64,000 bases of DNA from an uncultured Acetobacteraceae bacterium (GTDB lineage Bacteria; Pseudomonadota; Alphaproteobacteria; Acetobacterales; Acetobacteraceae). The stretch spans positions 11,173 through 75,172 of the forward strand of contig CAXTRK010000011.1 in NCBI GenBank assembly GCA_964246745.1, in the 5' to 3' direction. Positions within the stretch are counted from its first letter, which is position 1. Every line of letters starts with the position of its first letter. The position numbers and the translations under genes were made by a program. Shown here piece after piece: positions 1-9,528 of the stretch. Under the pieces are notes generated by a model. The model saw only the letters and a program-made list of their open reading frames with translations, ran no database searches and had not been told where the DNA came from.

Positions 1-13
1 TTCGATCCTTGGC

Positions 14-1564
14 TTGCTGAATGGCGCCGCGGATGCGGGAGCAGCCGAAATCAGTCGATTGCTGGGCGAGCGGATGGCGTTCCGCAACGTCACCGTTGCC
101 GTGGAGGTCGAGGGCGAAACCCGTTGGTGGAGTCTCACCGGGCGCCCGGTCATCGGCAAGGCCGCACGCTTTGCGGGCTACAAGGGCATCGGCTCGGATG
201 TGACCGAGATGCGCCGCTCCGAGCAGCGCGTGCAGTACCTGGCCTCGCATGACAGCCTCACCGGCCTTGCAAACCGGCAATCCTTCCTCGACCAGCTTCA
301 GCGCGGCTGCGACCGCCTTGGCGGCGAGGCGAAGCAAGCGCCGGTGGCCGCCCTGCTGATTCTCGATCTCGACCGCTTCAAAAGCATCAATGATGTCTTC
401 GGACACGCTGTCGGTGATGCGCTGCTGTCGGCGGTGGCGGAGCGGCTGCGCGGCTGCCTGAGAAAGGATGCCTTGGTGGCGCGGCTTGGCGGCGACGAGT
501 TCGGCGTCATGCTTGCCGTGCCGGACCGAGCGGCAGCCGTGTCGGTCTGTCAGCGGATCATCGATGCGCTCAACACCGATTACCCGCTTGCCGGAACCGG
601 CCATAGCGTGGGGGTCAGCATCGGCATGAGCTTTCTTGATCCTGGGCAGGCGCCGGCGCATTGGCTGCGCTGCGCGGACCTCGCCCTCTACGCCGCCAAG
701 AACGCCGGACGCGGCGTCTTCCGACTGTTCCGTCTCGAGATGATCACCGATGACGATGACCGCTTGAGCTTGCGGAGCGATCTGAAGTCCGCCATCGACG
801 ATGCGCGGCTCGGGTTGGACTATCAGCCGATCTTCAACACACAGACCGGCGAGATCGTCTGCGTCGAGGCGCTGTGCCGCTGGCGGCATCCGTCGCTCGG
901 ACCGATCCCGCCATCGCGCTTCATCCGACTGGCCGAAGAAACCGGGCTGATCGGGCGGCTCGGCGCCTGGGCTCTGACCGCCGCGTGCCGCGCCGCCGTC
1001 GCGTGGCCCGACGACGTACGGCTTGCGGTGAACGTATCGCCGCTGCAACTCCAGGACGGCGATTTCGAGGCAGTCGTGCGTCGGGCGCTTTCGGAGAGCG
1101 GGCTGCCGCCTGACCGGCTTGAGCTTGAACTCACCGAATACGCCTATCTGGAAGCCACCGAGCGAACGCGGCGGACCTTGCAGAACCTGCGCGGCCGCGG
1201 CACACGCATCGTGCTCGATGATTTCGGCACCGGCTATTCGGCGTTGAGCTATATTGCGACGTTCCAGTGCGACGGCATCAAGATCGACAGGAGCTTCATC
1301 CACGAACTGGAGAACAACCTCTCCAAGGCGGCAGTGGTGCGCGCCATCGGGCAGCTTGCCGCGGACCTCGCCATCCCGCTCACGGCCGAGGGGATCGAGA
1401 CCGCGGAACAGCTTGCCGCGGTGCGTCACATGGCCATCACGCATGCACAAGGATACCTGCTGCAAAGACCGACTTCCGCGGACGTGGTCGCGATGCTGAT
1501 CCCGCGGCAGCATCTTCCTCATATCGAGTCTGCCCGCGCAATCAGGACGCCAGCCGCCGAGTGA
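14..1564 (+). CDS. PAS-GGDEF-EAL diguanylate cyclase/phosphodiesterase, probably 5'-truncated by the window edge
   Basis: HDSLTGLANR, LGGDEF, VEALCRW, DDFGTGYS and AEGIET motifs are all intact. Confidence 0.9.
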   Translation: MLNGAADAGAAEISRLLGERMAFRNVTVAVEVEGETRWWSLTGRPVIGKAARFAGYKGIGSDVTEMRRSEQRVQYLASHDSLTGLANRQSFLDQLQRGCDRLGGEAKQAPVAALLILDLDRFKSINDVFGHAVGDALLSAVAERLRGCLRKDALVARLGGDEFGVMLAVPDRAAAVSVCQRIIDALNTDYPLAGTGHSVGVSIGMSFLDPGQAPAHWLRCADLALYAAKNAGRGVFRLFRLEMITDDDDRLSLRSDLKSAIDDARLGLDYQPIFNTQTGEIVCVEALCRWRHPSLGPIPPSRFIRLAEETGLIGRLGAWALTAACRAAVAWPDDVRLAVNVSPLQLQDGDFEAVVRRALSESGLPPDRLELELTEYAYLEATERTRRTLQNLRGRGTRIVLDDFGTGYSALSYIATFQCDGIKIDRSFIHELENNLSKAAVVRAIGQLAADLAIPLTAEGIETAEQLAAVRHMAITHAQGYLLQRPTSADVVAMLIPRQHLPHIESARAIRTPAAE

Positions 1565-1586
1565 ACCGGACCGCGTCTCGGCGGTT
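1562..1586 (+). promoter_or_regulatory. Possible general-stress (EcfG/RpoE2-type) promoter for the pao operon
   Basis: TGAAC-N16-GGTT resembles GGAAC-N16/17-CGTT with one mismatch per box; it lies 10 nt before the paoA ATG, which has no obvious SD. Confidence 0.25.
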
Positions 1587-1595
1587 CTGATTGCC

Positions 1596-2198
1596 ATGAC
1601 CACGAAAATATCCCGCCGTGACGTGATGCTCACCGGAGCCGCAGCGGTGCCGCTGGCCAACGCGGCGGCATCCGCACGGGCGCAGCCGCAGCCAGGCGCC
1701 AGCCAGGCCGATCCAGGCATGCTCGACATCGTCCTGCAGGTGAATGGCGCCGCACTGACGTTGCGTGTGGATCAGCGCACCTCGCTGCTCGATGCGCTGC
1801 GCGACCATGCTGGCCTCGCTGGCAGCAAGAAGGGCTGCGACATGGGGTCGTGCGGCGCCTGCACCGTGCATGTCGACGGCGAACGGGTGGTGTCCTGTCT
1901 GGTGCTGGCGCAGCGTGCGCAGGGACGAAAGATTACCACCATCGAAGGGCTCGCGGCGGAGGATGGGCAGCCGGACGGCACGCTGCATCCGATGCAGGCG
2001 GCGTTCGTCACCCATGACGGACTGCAGTGCGGCTATTGCACGCCGGGACAGATCATGTCGGCGACCGCCCTGGTGCGGGAGGGCCATGCCGCTTCGGATC
2101 ACGAGATTCGGGAGTGGATGAGCGGCAATCTCTGCCGCTGCGGCGCCTACCCCAACATTGTCGCCGCCATACGCGACGTCGCCGCACAGGTGGGCTGA
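1596..2198 (+). CDS. paoA: 2x[2Fe-2S] subunit of periplasmic aldehyde oxidoreductase (PaoA/YagT-like) with Tat signal
   Basis: SRRDVML twin-arginine leader; GCDMGSCGACTV, QCGYCTPG and NLCRCGAY Cys motifs. Confidence 0.88.
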   Translation: MTTKISRRDVMLTGAAAVPLANAAASARAQPQPGASQADPGMLDIVLQVNGAALTLRVDQRTSLLDALRDHAGLAGSKKGCDMGSCGACTVHVDGERVVSCLVLAQRAQGRKITTIEGLAAEDGQPDGTLHPMQAAFVTHDGLQCGYCTPGQIMSATALVREGHAASDHEIREWMSGNLCRCGAYPNIVAAIRDVAAQVG

Positions 2199-2201
2199 GC
2201 G

Positions 2202-3188
2202 ATGCACGCCTTCACGCTGTCACGGCCTGCCGATCTGCATGACGCGAGCAGACAGGCACAGGCTGCGGATGCCGCCCTCATCGCCGGCGGCACCGACCTC
2301 ATGCAATTGATGAAAGGCGAGATCGAGACGCCTGACCGTGTGGTCGACCTCTCGACGACCCGTGAGGCGCACACGCTTGCCAGCATCGAGCCCGTCCCCG
2401 GCGGCATCCGCCTCGGGGCGCTCGCCACCATGGCGCAAGTGGCGGGCTCGTCCGCGGTCAAGCAAGGCTGGCCGATGATCTCCGAGGCGCTGCTCACCGC
2501 CGCCTCGCCGCAGATACGCAACATGGGCACAGTCGGCGGCAACCTGCTGGCGCGCACGCGCTGCCTGTATTTCCGCAGCGGCGTCGGGCCATGCAACAAG
2601 CGCGAGCCGGGTTCGGGCTGCCCGGCCAACAGCGGCGAGAACCGCGACCTCGCGATCCTCGGAGTCAGCGCCGACTGCATCGCGAGCAATCCGTCTGACC
2701 TGCCGGTCGCCCTCGCGGCCGCCGGCGCCTCGGTGCAGATACACGGGAGCGGCGTCACCCGCAGCATCCCGCTCGCCGACTTGTATCGCGAGCCGGGAAC
2801 GACGCCGCACCTCGACACCAGCCTCCGCTCCGGGGAAGTCATCATCGCGGTGACCGTGCCGTCGAGCCAGGCTTCGGCCCATTCCACCTATGTCAAGATA
2901 CGCGACCGGCAGAGCTTCCAGTTCGCCGTGGTCTCGGTCGCGGTCGGCCTGCACGTGGCAGGCGGCGTCATCCAGGACGCGAGAATCGCCTTCGGCGGCG
3001 TCGGCACCGTGCCCTGGCGCACGCCACAGGCGGAAGCGGCGTTACGCGGCAAACCGCCAAGCGAGGCGCTGTTCCGGGAGGCGGCGGCGCTCTGCACCGA
3101 GGGCGCACGGCCGGCGAGCCAGAACGAGTTCAAGGCGAAGCTGATGCCGCGCGTGCTCGCGCGCGCGCTGCAGACGCTTTCGGCGTGA
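2202..3188 (+). CDS. paoB: FAD-binding subunit (PaoB/YagS-like)
   Basis: IAGGTDL and IRNMGTVGGNL FAD motifs; RCLYFR..CNKREPGSGC..CIASNPSD [4Fe-4S] insert typical of PaoB. Confidence 0.88.
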   Translation: MHAFTLSRPADLHDASRQAQAADAALIAGGTDLMQLMKGEIETPDRVVDLSTTREAHTLASIEPVPGGIRLGALATMAQVAGSSAVKQGWPMISEALLTAASPQIRNMGTVGGNLLARTRCLYFRSGVGPCNKREPGSGCPANSGENRDLAILGVSADCIASNPSDLPVALAAAGASVQIHGSGVTRSIPLADLYREPGTTPHLDTSLRSGEVIIAVTVPSSQASAHSTYVKIRDRQSFQFAVVSVAVGLHVAGGVIQDARIAFGGVGTVPWRTPQAEAALRGKPPSEALFREAAALCTEGARPASQNEFKAKLMPRVLARALQTLSA

Positions 3189-3198
3189 GGCGAGAGGC

Positions 3199-5394
3199 AT
3201 GACCGAGATCCTCATCGGCAAGGCGATCGACCGCGTCGATGCGCCGGCCAAGACAACCGGCGACGCGCGCTATGCCGCCGAATTCACCCGTCCCGGGATG
3301 GTCCACGCCGTGCTGGCGCAAGCGCCGTTCGCCTCGGGGCGCGTCACGTACCTGGACACGCGGACGACGCAGGCGATGCCCGGCGTGTTGGCGGTTCTCA
3401 CCACCGGCGGCACGCACGCGTTGCGTCATCAGAAGGGCGCCCGTCAGGCGGTGACAGCGCCGCTGCTGCGCAGCGACGCGGTGCATTATTTCGGTCAGAC
3501 CGTGGCGGTGGTCATCGCCGACAGCTTCGAGCGCGCCACCGCGGCCGCCTACGCCGTCCGTGTCGCGGGCGATGTCACCCCGCCGGTGGTGACCATGGCA
3601 AGCGCTCTGCATGCCGCCACCACGCCGGACGACGTCAAGGGCGGCGCCGACACCGAGCGCGGCGGCTTCGGGGCCGCGTTCGCCGCGGCGACCGCCAGGC
3701 ACCAGGCGACCTACACGACGCCGATGGAATTCCACAATCCGATGGAGCCGCACGCGACGCTCGCGGAGTGGGATGGCGACCGGCTCACCGTCTGGACCGC
3801 GACGCAGGGCATCTCCGGCGCACAGAAAACGCTGGCGGCGCTGTTCGGCGTGCCGCCAGGCAATGTGCGGGTGATCTGCCCGTATGTCGGCGGCGGCTTC
3901 GGCTGCAAGGGCAACACCTGGCCGCCAGTGACGCTGGCCGCTCTGGCGGCGCGGCAGGTCGGACGGCCGGTGCGGCTGGTGCTGACCCGCGAGCAGATGT
4001 ACATGAACAATGGCCACCGGCCGCAGACGATCCAGAACGTGGCACTCGCCACCGGCGGCGACAGCCGTCTCGTCGCCACGCGTCATGACGGCGTGAGCCA
4101 GATGTCCGATCCGAGCCTCGGCAGCTTCACCGAGGATTTCCAGGTGGCGACGCGGATGCTGTATGCCTGCCCGTCGGTAGCAACCGGGATCAAGGTGGTG
4201 CCGACCAGTTTCGGTCTGCCCACCTACATGCGTGCGCCGGGCGAGGCGTCCGGCATGTTCGCGCTCGAATCCGCGATGGACGAGATGGCGGTCGAGCTTG
4301 GCATGGATCCGGTGGCCTTCCGCCTGCTGAACTACGCCGAGCGCGACGACAACGCGAACAAGCCGTTCGCCAGCAAGGCGCTTCGGCAATGCTATGCGGA
4401 GGGAGCGCGCCGCTTCGGCTGGCAGCGGCGCCTGTCAGCCCCTCGTTCGATGCGCGACGGCCATGTTCTGATCGGCATGGGGATGGCGACCTCGACCTAT
4501 CCCACGCACCGGCAGCCGGCGCATGCCCGCGTCGCGTTGTTTGCGAATGGGGATGTGCTGGTGCAGAGCGGCACGCAGGATCTCGGCACCGGCACCTATA
4601 CGATCATGACCCAAATGGCGGCGCAGACGCTGGGCGCGCCGCTGGAAAAGACCCGCGCCGAGCTTGGCGACACGACGCTTCCGGCCGCAGGCGTGTCCGG
4701 CGGCTCGACCACGGCGGCCAGCGTGATGCCCGCCGTGCTGCAGGCGGCGAACGCGGTGCGCACACGCGCCCTCGGCCTGGCTCTGGCCTATCAGGGACGC
4801 GCGTGGCAGGGCGTCGCACTCGACCAGATGACGCTCCAGGACGGCGTCATCGGCTCGCCGCACGGCAGCGTCTCCCTCGGCGAGGTGATGCGGGCCACGA
4901 GCGTGCCGCGGATCGCGGTCGACGTCGGCGCCGCGGCCTCCGACGATGCCGGCAACTATTCCTGCCACGCCTTTGGCGCACATTTCGTCGAGGTGCGTGT
5001 CGACGAGGATTTCGGCACCATCAGGGTCGCGCGCTATACGGGAGTGTTCGGAGTCGGCCGGCTGCTCAATGCCAAGACCGGACGCAGCCAGTTGCTCGGC
5101 GGCATTACCTACGGACTCGGCATGGCGTTGCTGGAAGCGGCGCGCCCGGACCCGCATACGGCGCAGATCATGAACGCCAACATCGCCGAGTATCTGGTGC
5201 CGGTGAATGCCGACATTCCGGAAATCGACGTCGCGACGATTGACGATCCGGACATGGTCACCACGCCGCTCGGGCTCAAGGGCATTGGCGAACTGCCGAT
5301 GGTGGGTGTGGCGGGCGCCGTCGCCAACGCCGTCTATCACGCCACCGGCAAGCGCGTGCGCCGGCTGCCGATACGCATCGAAGACGTCATCTGA
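3199..5394 (+). CDS. paoC: Molybdopterin-binding subunit, xanthine oxidase family (PaoC/YagR-like)
   Basis: VGGGFGCKG, MRAPGE, GTGTYT and KGIGELPMVG motifs; third gene of the operon. Confidence 0.88.
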   Translation: MTEILIGKAIDRVDAPAKTTGDARYAAEFTRPGMVHAVLAQAPFASGRVTYLDTRTTQAMPGVLAVLTTGGTHALRHQKGARQAVTAPLLRSDAVHYFGQTVAVVIADSFERATAAAYAVRVAGDVTPPVVTMASALHAATTPDDVKGGADTERGGFGAAFAAATARHQATYTTPMEFHNPMEPHATLAEWDGDRLTVWTATQGISGAQKTLAALFGVPPGNVRVICPYVGGGFGCKGNTWPPVTLAALAARQVGRPVRLVLTREQMYMNNGHRPQTIQNVALATGGDSRLVATRHDGVSQMSDPSLGSFTEDFQVATRMLYACPSVATGIKVVPTSFGLPTYMRAPGEASGMFALESAMDEMAVELGMDPVAFRLLNYAERDDNANKPFASKALRQCYAEGARRFGWQRRLSAPRSMRDGHVLIGMGMATSTYPTHRQPAHARVALFANGDVLVQSGTQDLGTGTYTIMTQMAAQTLGAPLEKTRAELGDTTLPAAGVSGGSTTAASVMPAVLQAANAVRTRALGLALAYQGRAWQGVALDQMTLQDGVIGSPHGSVSLGEVMRATSVPRIAVDVGAAASDDAGNYSCHAFGAHFVEVRVDEDFGTIRVARYTGVFGVGRLLNAKTGRSQLLGGITYGLGMALLEAARPDPHTAQIMNANIAEYLVPVNADIPEIDVATIDDPDMVTTPLGLKGIGELPMVGVAGAVANAVYHATGKRVRRLPIRIEDVI

Positions 5395-5413
5395 ACCAGC
5401 GACAGGACCCATC

Positions 5414-5899
5414 ATGCAGCAGGAACAAGCCGAGACACTCTGGAAGCTGATCCGCTCGATCAAGATCGCCATGCTGACCACCGAAGACGACGGTGAACTG
5501 CGCAGCCGACCGATGGCGGCAAGCCAGGACAGCTTCGACGGCACGCTGTGGTTCTTCACACGCGCCAGCGCGCACAAGGTGGATGAGGTGCAAGGCGAGC
5601 GCCAGGTCGGGGTCAGCTATGCCGATCCGGATAGCCAGAACTACGTTTCGATGTCCGGCAAGGCGAGCCTGGTGCGCGACCAGGCGGCGATCGACGCGCA
5701 CTGGGGCGAGAGCCTGCGCACCTGGTTCCCCAAGGGCAAGGCCGACCCCGATATCGCGCTGCTGCGTATCGATGTGACGCAGGCGGAGTACTGGGACGCG
5801 CCGAACTCCACGATGCTGCATGCCTATGGCTATCTGAAGGCGCGCATCACCGGCGAGCCGCCCACTGGCGGCGAGAACGAAAAGATCACCGTGCGCTGA
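5414..5899 (+). CDS. Pyridoxamine 5'-phosphate oxidase-like FMN-binding protein (general stress protein 26/YdaG-like)
   Basis: IAMLTT..LRSRPMA, LWFFT..HKVDEV and WFPKGKADPDIALL; ATG 5414 is in frame with ORF 5207..5899. Confidence 0.8.
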   Translation: MQQEQAETLWKLIRSIKIAMLTTEDDGELRSRPMAASQDSFDGTLWFFTRASAHKVDEVQGERQVGVSYADPDSQNYVSMSGKASLVRDQAAIDAHWGESLRTWFPKGKADPDIALLRIDVTQAEYWDAPNSTMLHAYGYLKARITGEPPTGGENEKITVR

Positions 5900-5992
5900 A
5901 GCCGCGGCTCGAGCAGGCGCCGCAGGTGCCGCCTGGGCGATTGCCGTGCTGGCACCGGTGCTTGATGCTCCGCGCTTAGCGAGAACGGATCG

Positions 5993-7879
5993 ATGAATCA
6001 ACGACGTGGCCGCCTCGATGAGGCCGAGCGTCACTACCGCCGGGTTGCGGAGCGGCAGCCGAGCGCAGTGGCGTTTCATAACCTCGGCAATGCGCTGCTA
6101 GGGCTGCACCGTCCGCAGCAGGCCGCCGAAGCCTACAAATCCGCCCTTCGCCACGACTCGCGCTTTGCCGAAGCCTATTATGGTCTTGGCGCGGCGTTGG
6201 CAGCCCTTGGCATATTGGAGGCCGGCGACGCCTTCGGCCGTGCCGCGGCGCTACGGCCGGACTTCGCCCTGGCGCATGAAGGCCTGATCGACGTATGCAG
6301 CGGCGCCGGCGCTTGGGGCGCGGCCTTGCAGGCGTGCTGCGCCGCGCTGTTGCGTGTGGACACGCCCAAGCTGCGCGTGCAGTTCGTCGATGCCGTGGTC
6401 AACGTGGACTTGGCCGCGATCGTACCCGGGCTGCGCGAAGCGATGCAGCGGGCGCTTTCTGAACGTTGGACCCGCCCACAGGCGTTGGCGCGCGCCGCGT
6501 GCGACATCGCGGCCCTCAGCGAGCCGCTCGACGTGAACGATCCGCTGATCCGCACTCTGCTCGACCTTGCGCCGATCTGCCACCCGGACGTGGAACGGGC
6601 GCTCACCGAGCAGCGCCGACGCGTGCTGGAGACCACCGCCGGCGGCATCGAGCTTGCTCCCGACGCGCTCGCCGCCGCGTGCAGACTGGCGCGGCAATGC
6701 TTCATCAACGAGTACGCATGGGCCTGCGCACCGGAAGAAACCGCTCAGGCAACCGCCCTGCGCGGCCGCGTCCAGACCGCGCTCGAGAGAGGTGAATCCC
6801 CGTCCAGGACGGCGCTCGCGGCCCTCGCCCTCACCATGCCGCTATCCGCCCTTGCTGACGCCGAAAGGCTGTTGCCGCCGGACAGCGGCGATGAATACGC
6901 GGCTCTCCTGACACAGCAGATCAGCGAGCCGGCCGAAGAGGCCCGGCTGCGTGGCGTGATCCCCCGCGCGACCGCGATCGAAGACGATGTCTCGCGAAGG
7001 GTCCGCGACCAGTACGAGGCGAACCCGTATCCACGCTGGGTGACGATGGGCGCCGCCGCGGCTCCGGTCCGGCTCGACGACTGGCTCGCCGGCCGCTTTC
7101 CGGGCGCTCCAGTGCTGCCCCTGCCGACCGACAGACCGCTCGACGTGCTCGTCGCCGGCTGCGGCACCGGCCAGCAGGCGCTGGAAACGGCGAGAGGCTT
7201 CGCGGGCGTGCGCGTGCTCGCGATCGATCTGAGCCTGACCAGCCTCGCCTACGCCGCGCGCATGACAACGAAGCTCGCCGTGCAGGGCATCGATTACGCG
7301 CAGGCTGACCTGCTGCGGCTATCGCCGCTCGGCCGCTCGTTTGACCTGATCGCCTCGGGCGGCGTGCTGCACCATATGGCCGATCCGTGGGCGGGATGGC
7401 GCGCCCTGCTTGCCTGCCTGCGCCCGGGCGGCGTGATGAACGTGCTGCTCTACACCAAGCGCGGACGCGCCGACGTGCGAACCGCGCGAGACTGGATCGC
7501 AGCACGCGGCTATGCCGCCACTCCGGAGGGCATACGCGAATGCCGGCAGGCGCTGATGGAGGTGTCGGAACCGTGGGCGACGCGCCTGGTGGCAAGCCCC
7601 GATTTCAACTCCATCAGTGGCTGCCGCGACCTGCTGTTTCATGTGCAGGAACAAGCGGTCGCGCTTACCGAAATTGCCCGGTTTCTTGCGGCGGAAGGAT
7701 TGGCCCTCCTTGGCGTCGAATCGCCACCCGCGACTGAACAGGCTTTCCGGGCATCGACGCACGGCGCCAGCGACGCGGCGCTCCGTGACCTCGCGCAGTG
7801 GGACAGCTTCGAGGCCGAGCGCCCAGGATGCTTTGCAGCCATGGTCAACCTCTGGGTGCACAAGCCGATGCCGATTTGA
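5993..7879 (+). CDS. TPR-repeat plus class I SAM-dependent methyltransferase
   Basis: N-terminal TPRs (AFHNLGNAL, AYYGLGAAL); QYEANPYPRW; SAM motif VLVAGCGTGQ; GVLHHM. Confidence 0.8.
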   Translation: MNQRRGRLDEAERHYRRVAERQPSAVAFHNLGNALLGLHRPQQAAEAYKSALRHDSRFAEAYYGLGAALAALGILEAGDAFGRAAALRPDFALAHEGLIDVCSGAGAWGAALQACCAALLRVDTPKLRVQFVDAVVNVDLAAIVPGLREAMQRALSERWTRPQALARAACDIAALSEPLDVNDPLIRTLLDLAPICHPDVERALTEQRRRVLETTAGGIELAPDALAAACRLARQCFINEYAWACAPEETAQATALRGRVQTALERGESPSRTALAALALTMPLSALADAERLLPPDSGDEYAALLTQQISEPAEEARLRGVIPRATAIEDDVSRRVRDQYEANPYPRWVTMGAAAAPVRLDDWLAGRFPGAPVLPLPTDRPLDVLVAGCGTGQQALETARGFAGVRVLAIDLSLTSLAYAARMTTKLAVQGIDYAQADLLRLSPLGRSFDLIASGGVLHHMADPWAGWRALLACLRPGGVMNVLLYTKRGRADVRTARDWIAARGYAATPEGIRECRQALMEVSEPWATRLVASPDFNSISGCRDLLFHVQEQAVALTEIARFLAAEGLALLGVESPPATEQAFRASTHGASDAALRDLAQWDSFEAERPGCFAAMVNLWVHKPMPI

Positions 7880-7944
7880 GGCGGCCCGCATGAGCCGCCG
7901 GATTGAGTGGCGTGATGCGGTCATGGCGGCCGGGGCGTGGCGCG

Positions 7945-9432
7945 TCAGATTTTCTCCATCAATCTGATCTTGAGGTCTCGAAAGGCTTGGCGGGCGCGGG
8001 AGGAGCGTTCGCGGTCGAGCCTCTCGTCGAGCTGGCGGCCGAGATCGAGAAGCACCGCTTGGTCAAGGCGCTCGGCTTCGCGGAACATCGAACGTTCCTC
8101 GGAGCCCGCGTGGTGAAGGAAGGCGGCCTGGAGGGCGAGCAAGTGGTCGCGGAATTCGGGAGTGCCGAGCTTCTGCTTGACCGTGGCGGCGACAAGGTCG
8201 GCGAGGACGCCGTGCTCGGCGTAGGCGATCTCGGTATCCTCGCTGACCGCGCGGATGGACGGGTAGAAAATGGCATCCTCCACGACTTCATGGATGTCCA
8301 GCTCGGCGGCGAGCGTGCGCATCAGGTCGTGCCGGTTCTGGTCGTGGCCGGTCTCGTCGTCGCCGGCGGGAGCAAGCATCCGCTCGAACAGGCGGCGCAT
8401 CAGCTCGTGATGCTCGAACAGCACTTCGATCGCGGTGCGGCTCGCGGGCGGCGTATCGGACTGCTCCGTACGCGCGGCGCCGGGCTCGCGGGCGAGAGAA
8501 GCAGAGGTGACGACGTGATCGCCGGGTTCCTGTTCGCGTCGGATCTCCACGGTGCCGTCCCGCAGCCGGACCTCGTAGCGAGGCTGGGGGCAGGTCGAGG
8601 GGCCGGTGGAGGGCTGGCCGGTTTGCAGATCGTAACGCGAGCCGTGCCAGGGGCAGACGAGCGCGCCGTCAAAGATCCAGCCCTGATCGAGCGGGCCGCC
8701 GGCGTGCGAGCATCGGGCACCGATGGCGTGCACGCGCTCGCCCTGACGCACGAGGGCGACGCCGATCTCCCGGTGCTGGACCTCATCCCAGAAGGCAACG
8801 CGGTGGGGCTTGTTCTCGACCAGCATATCGAGAGCGACGGTGGGGACAAAGTCGCGGGGGACAGGGCTGCGGTCGGCGTGATCGACGGCGGCGCGGCGTC
8901 GATAGACGAGATGGCCGCCGAGATAGCTGCTGGCGGCTACGAGAGCGTAGGCGGCGAGACTCACGCCGATGCCGGCGGCGCGGCGCTCCTGGCCGCGCAG
9001 CCGGATCGAGACGAGATTCAGCGCGGTTGCGGCAAGATTGACGCCGCCGTGCACCAGCCCGACGCGTCGGTCGCGGCCGTTGAGGTGTTGCCAGTCGGCG
9101 AGCCCGGTGGCGATCGCCGCCAGCGCGCCGGGCACGCCTGCTTGGAGCGATATGTCGGCGGCACGGGAGGCGGCACGGTCGCGCATCAGCCCCGAGGCGG
9201 TGAGAAGGTCAAGGCCGAGGGTGAGCGTCCAGGTGCCGATCGGGATTGCGACGAGCAGCGGGTGGATCGGGTGGCCGTAGGGCTGGCCATGAAGGAAGTT
9301 GCCGACCGCCTTGCCGGGACGTCCGACAATCTGATTGGCGCGGGAGATCGCCTTGCCGATGGAGTAGCCGGGACGATCGAGGCTCTCCGCGGCTTCGATA
9401 TGGCCAATAGCCGCGTCAATCGTCGATCTCAT
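7945..9432 (-). CDS. DUF2231 membrane domain - Rieske [2Fe-2S] - hemerythrin fusion protein
   Basis: HPIHPLLVAIPIG and GLADW..GLVHG (DUF2231-like); CSH and CPWH Rieske ligands; EHH, IHEVVED, EH and HHAGSEE hemerythrin ligands. Confidence 0.8.
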   Translation of the reverse strand: MRSTIDAAIGHIEAAESLDRPGYSIGKAISRANQIVGRPGKAVGNFLHGQPYGHPIHPLLVAIPIGTWTLTLGLDLLTASGLMRDRAASRAADISLQAGVPGALAAIATGLADWQHLNGRDRRVGLVHGGVNLAATALNLVSIRLRGQERRAAGIGVSLAAYALVAASSYLGGHLVYRRRAAVDHADRSPVPRDFVPTVALDMLVENKPHRVAFWDEVQHREIGVALVRQGERVHAIGARCSHAGGPLDQGWIFDGALVCPWHGSRYDLQTGQPSTGPSTCPQPRYEVRLRDGTVEIRREQEPGDHVVTSASLAREPGAARTEQSDTPPASRTAIEVLFEHHELMRRLFERMLAPAGDDETGHDQNRHDLMRTLAAELDIHEVVEDAIFYPSIRAVSEDTEIAYAEHGVLADLVAATVKQKLGTPEFRDHLLALQAAFLHHAGSEERSMFREAERLDQAVLLDLGRQLDERLDRERSSRARQAFRDLKIRLMEKI

Positions 9433-9528
9433 GAACTGGCCCTTCGGTATTTCGTGAAGCGTAACGTCAGCCTTACACCAAGCCGCCGGTTGATTGATAT
9501 ATCAGGCCAGCACGGCTGGGACAGGACA

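Noticed and set aside
9490-9505. TTGAT..ATCAG resembling an FNR/FixK box upstream of the hemerythrin fusion
   Set aside because: Half-site spacing is 2 or 6 nt, not the required 4
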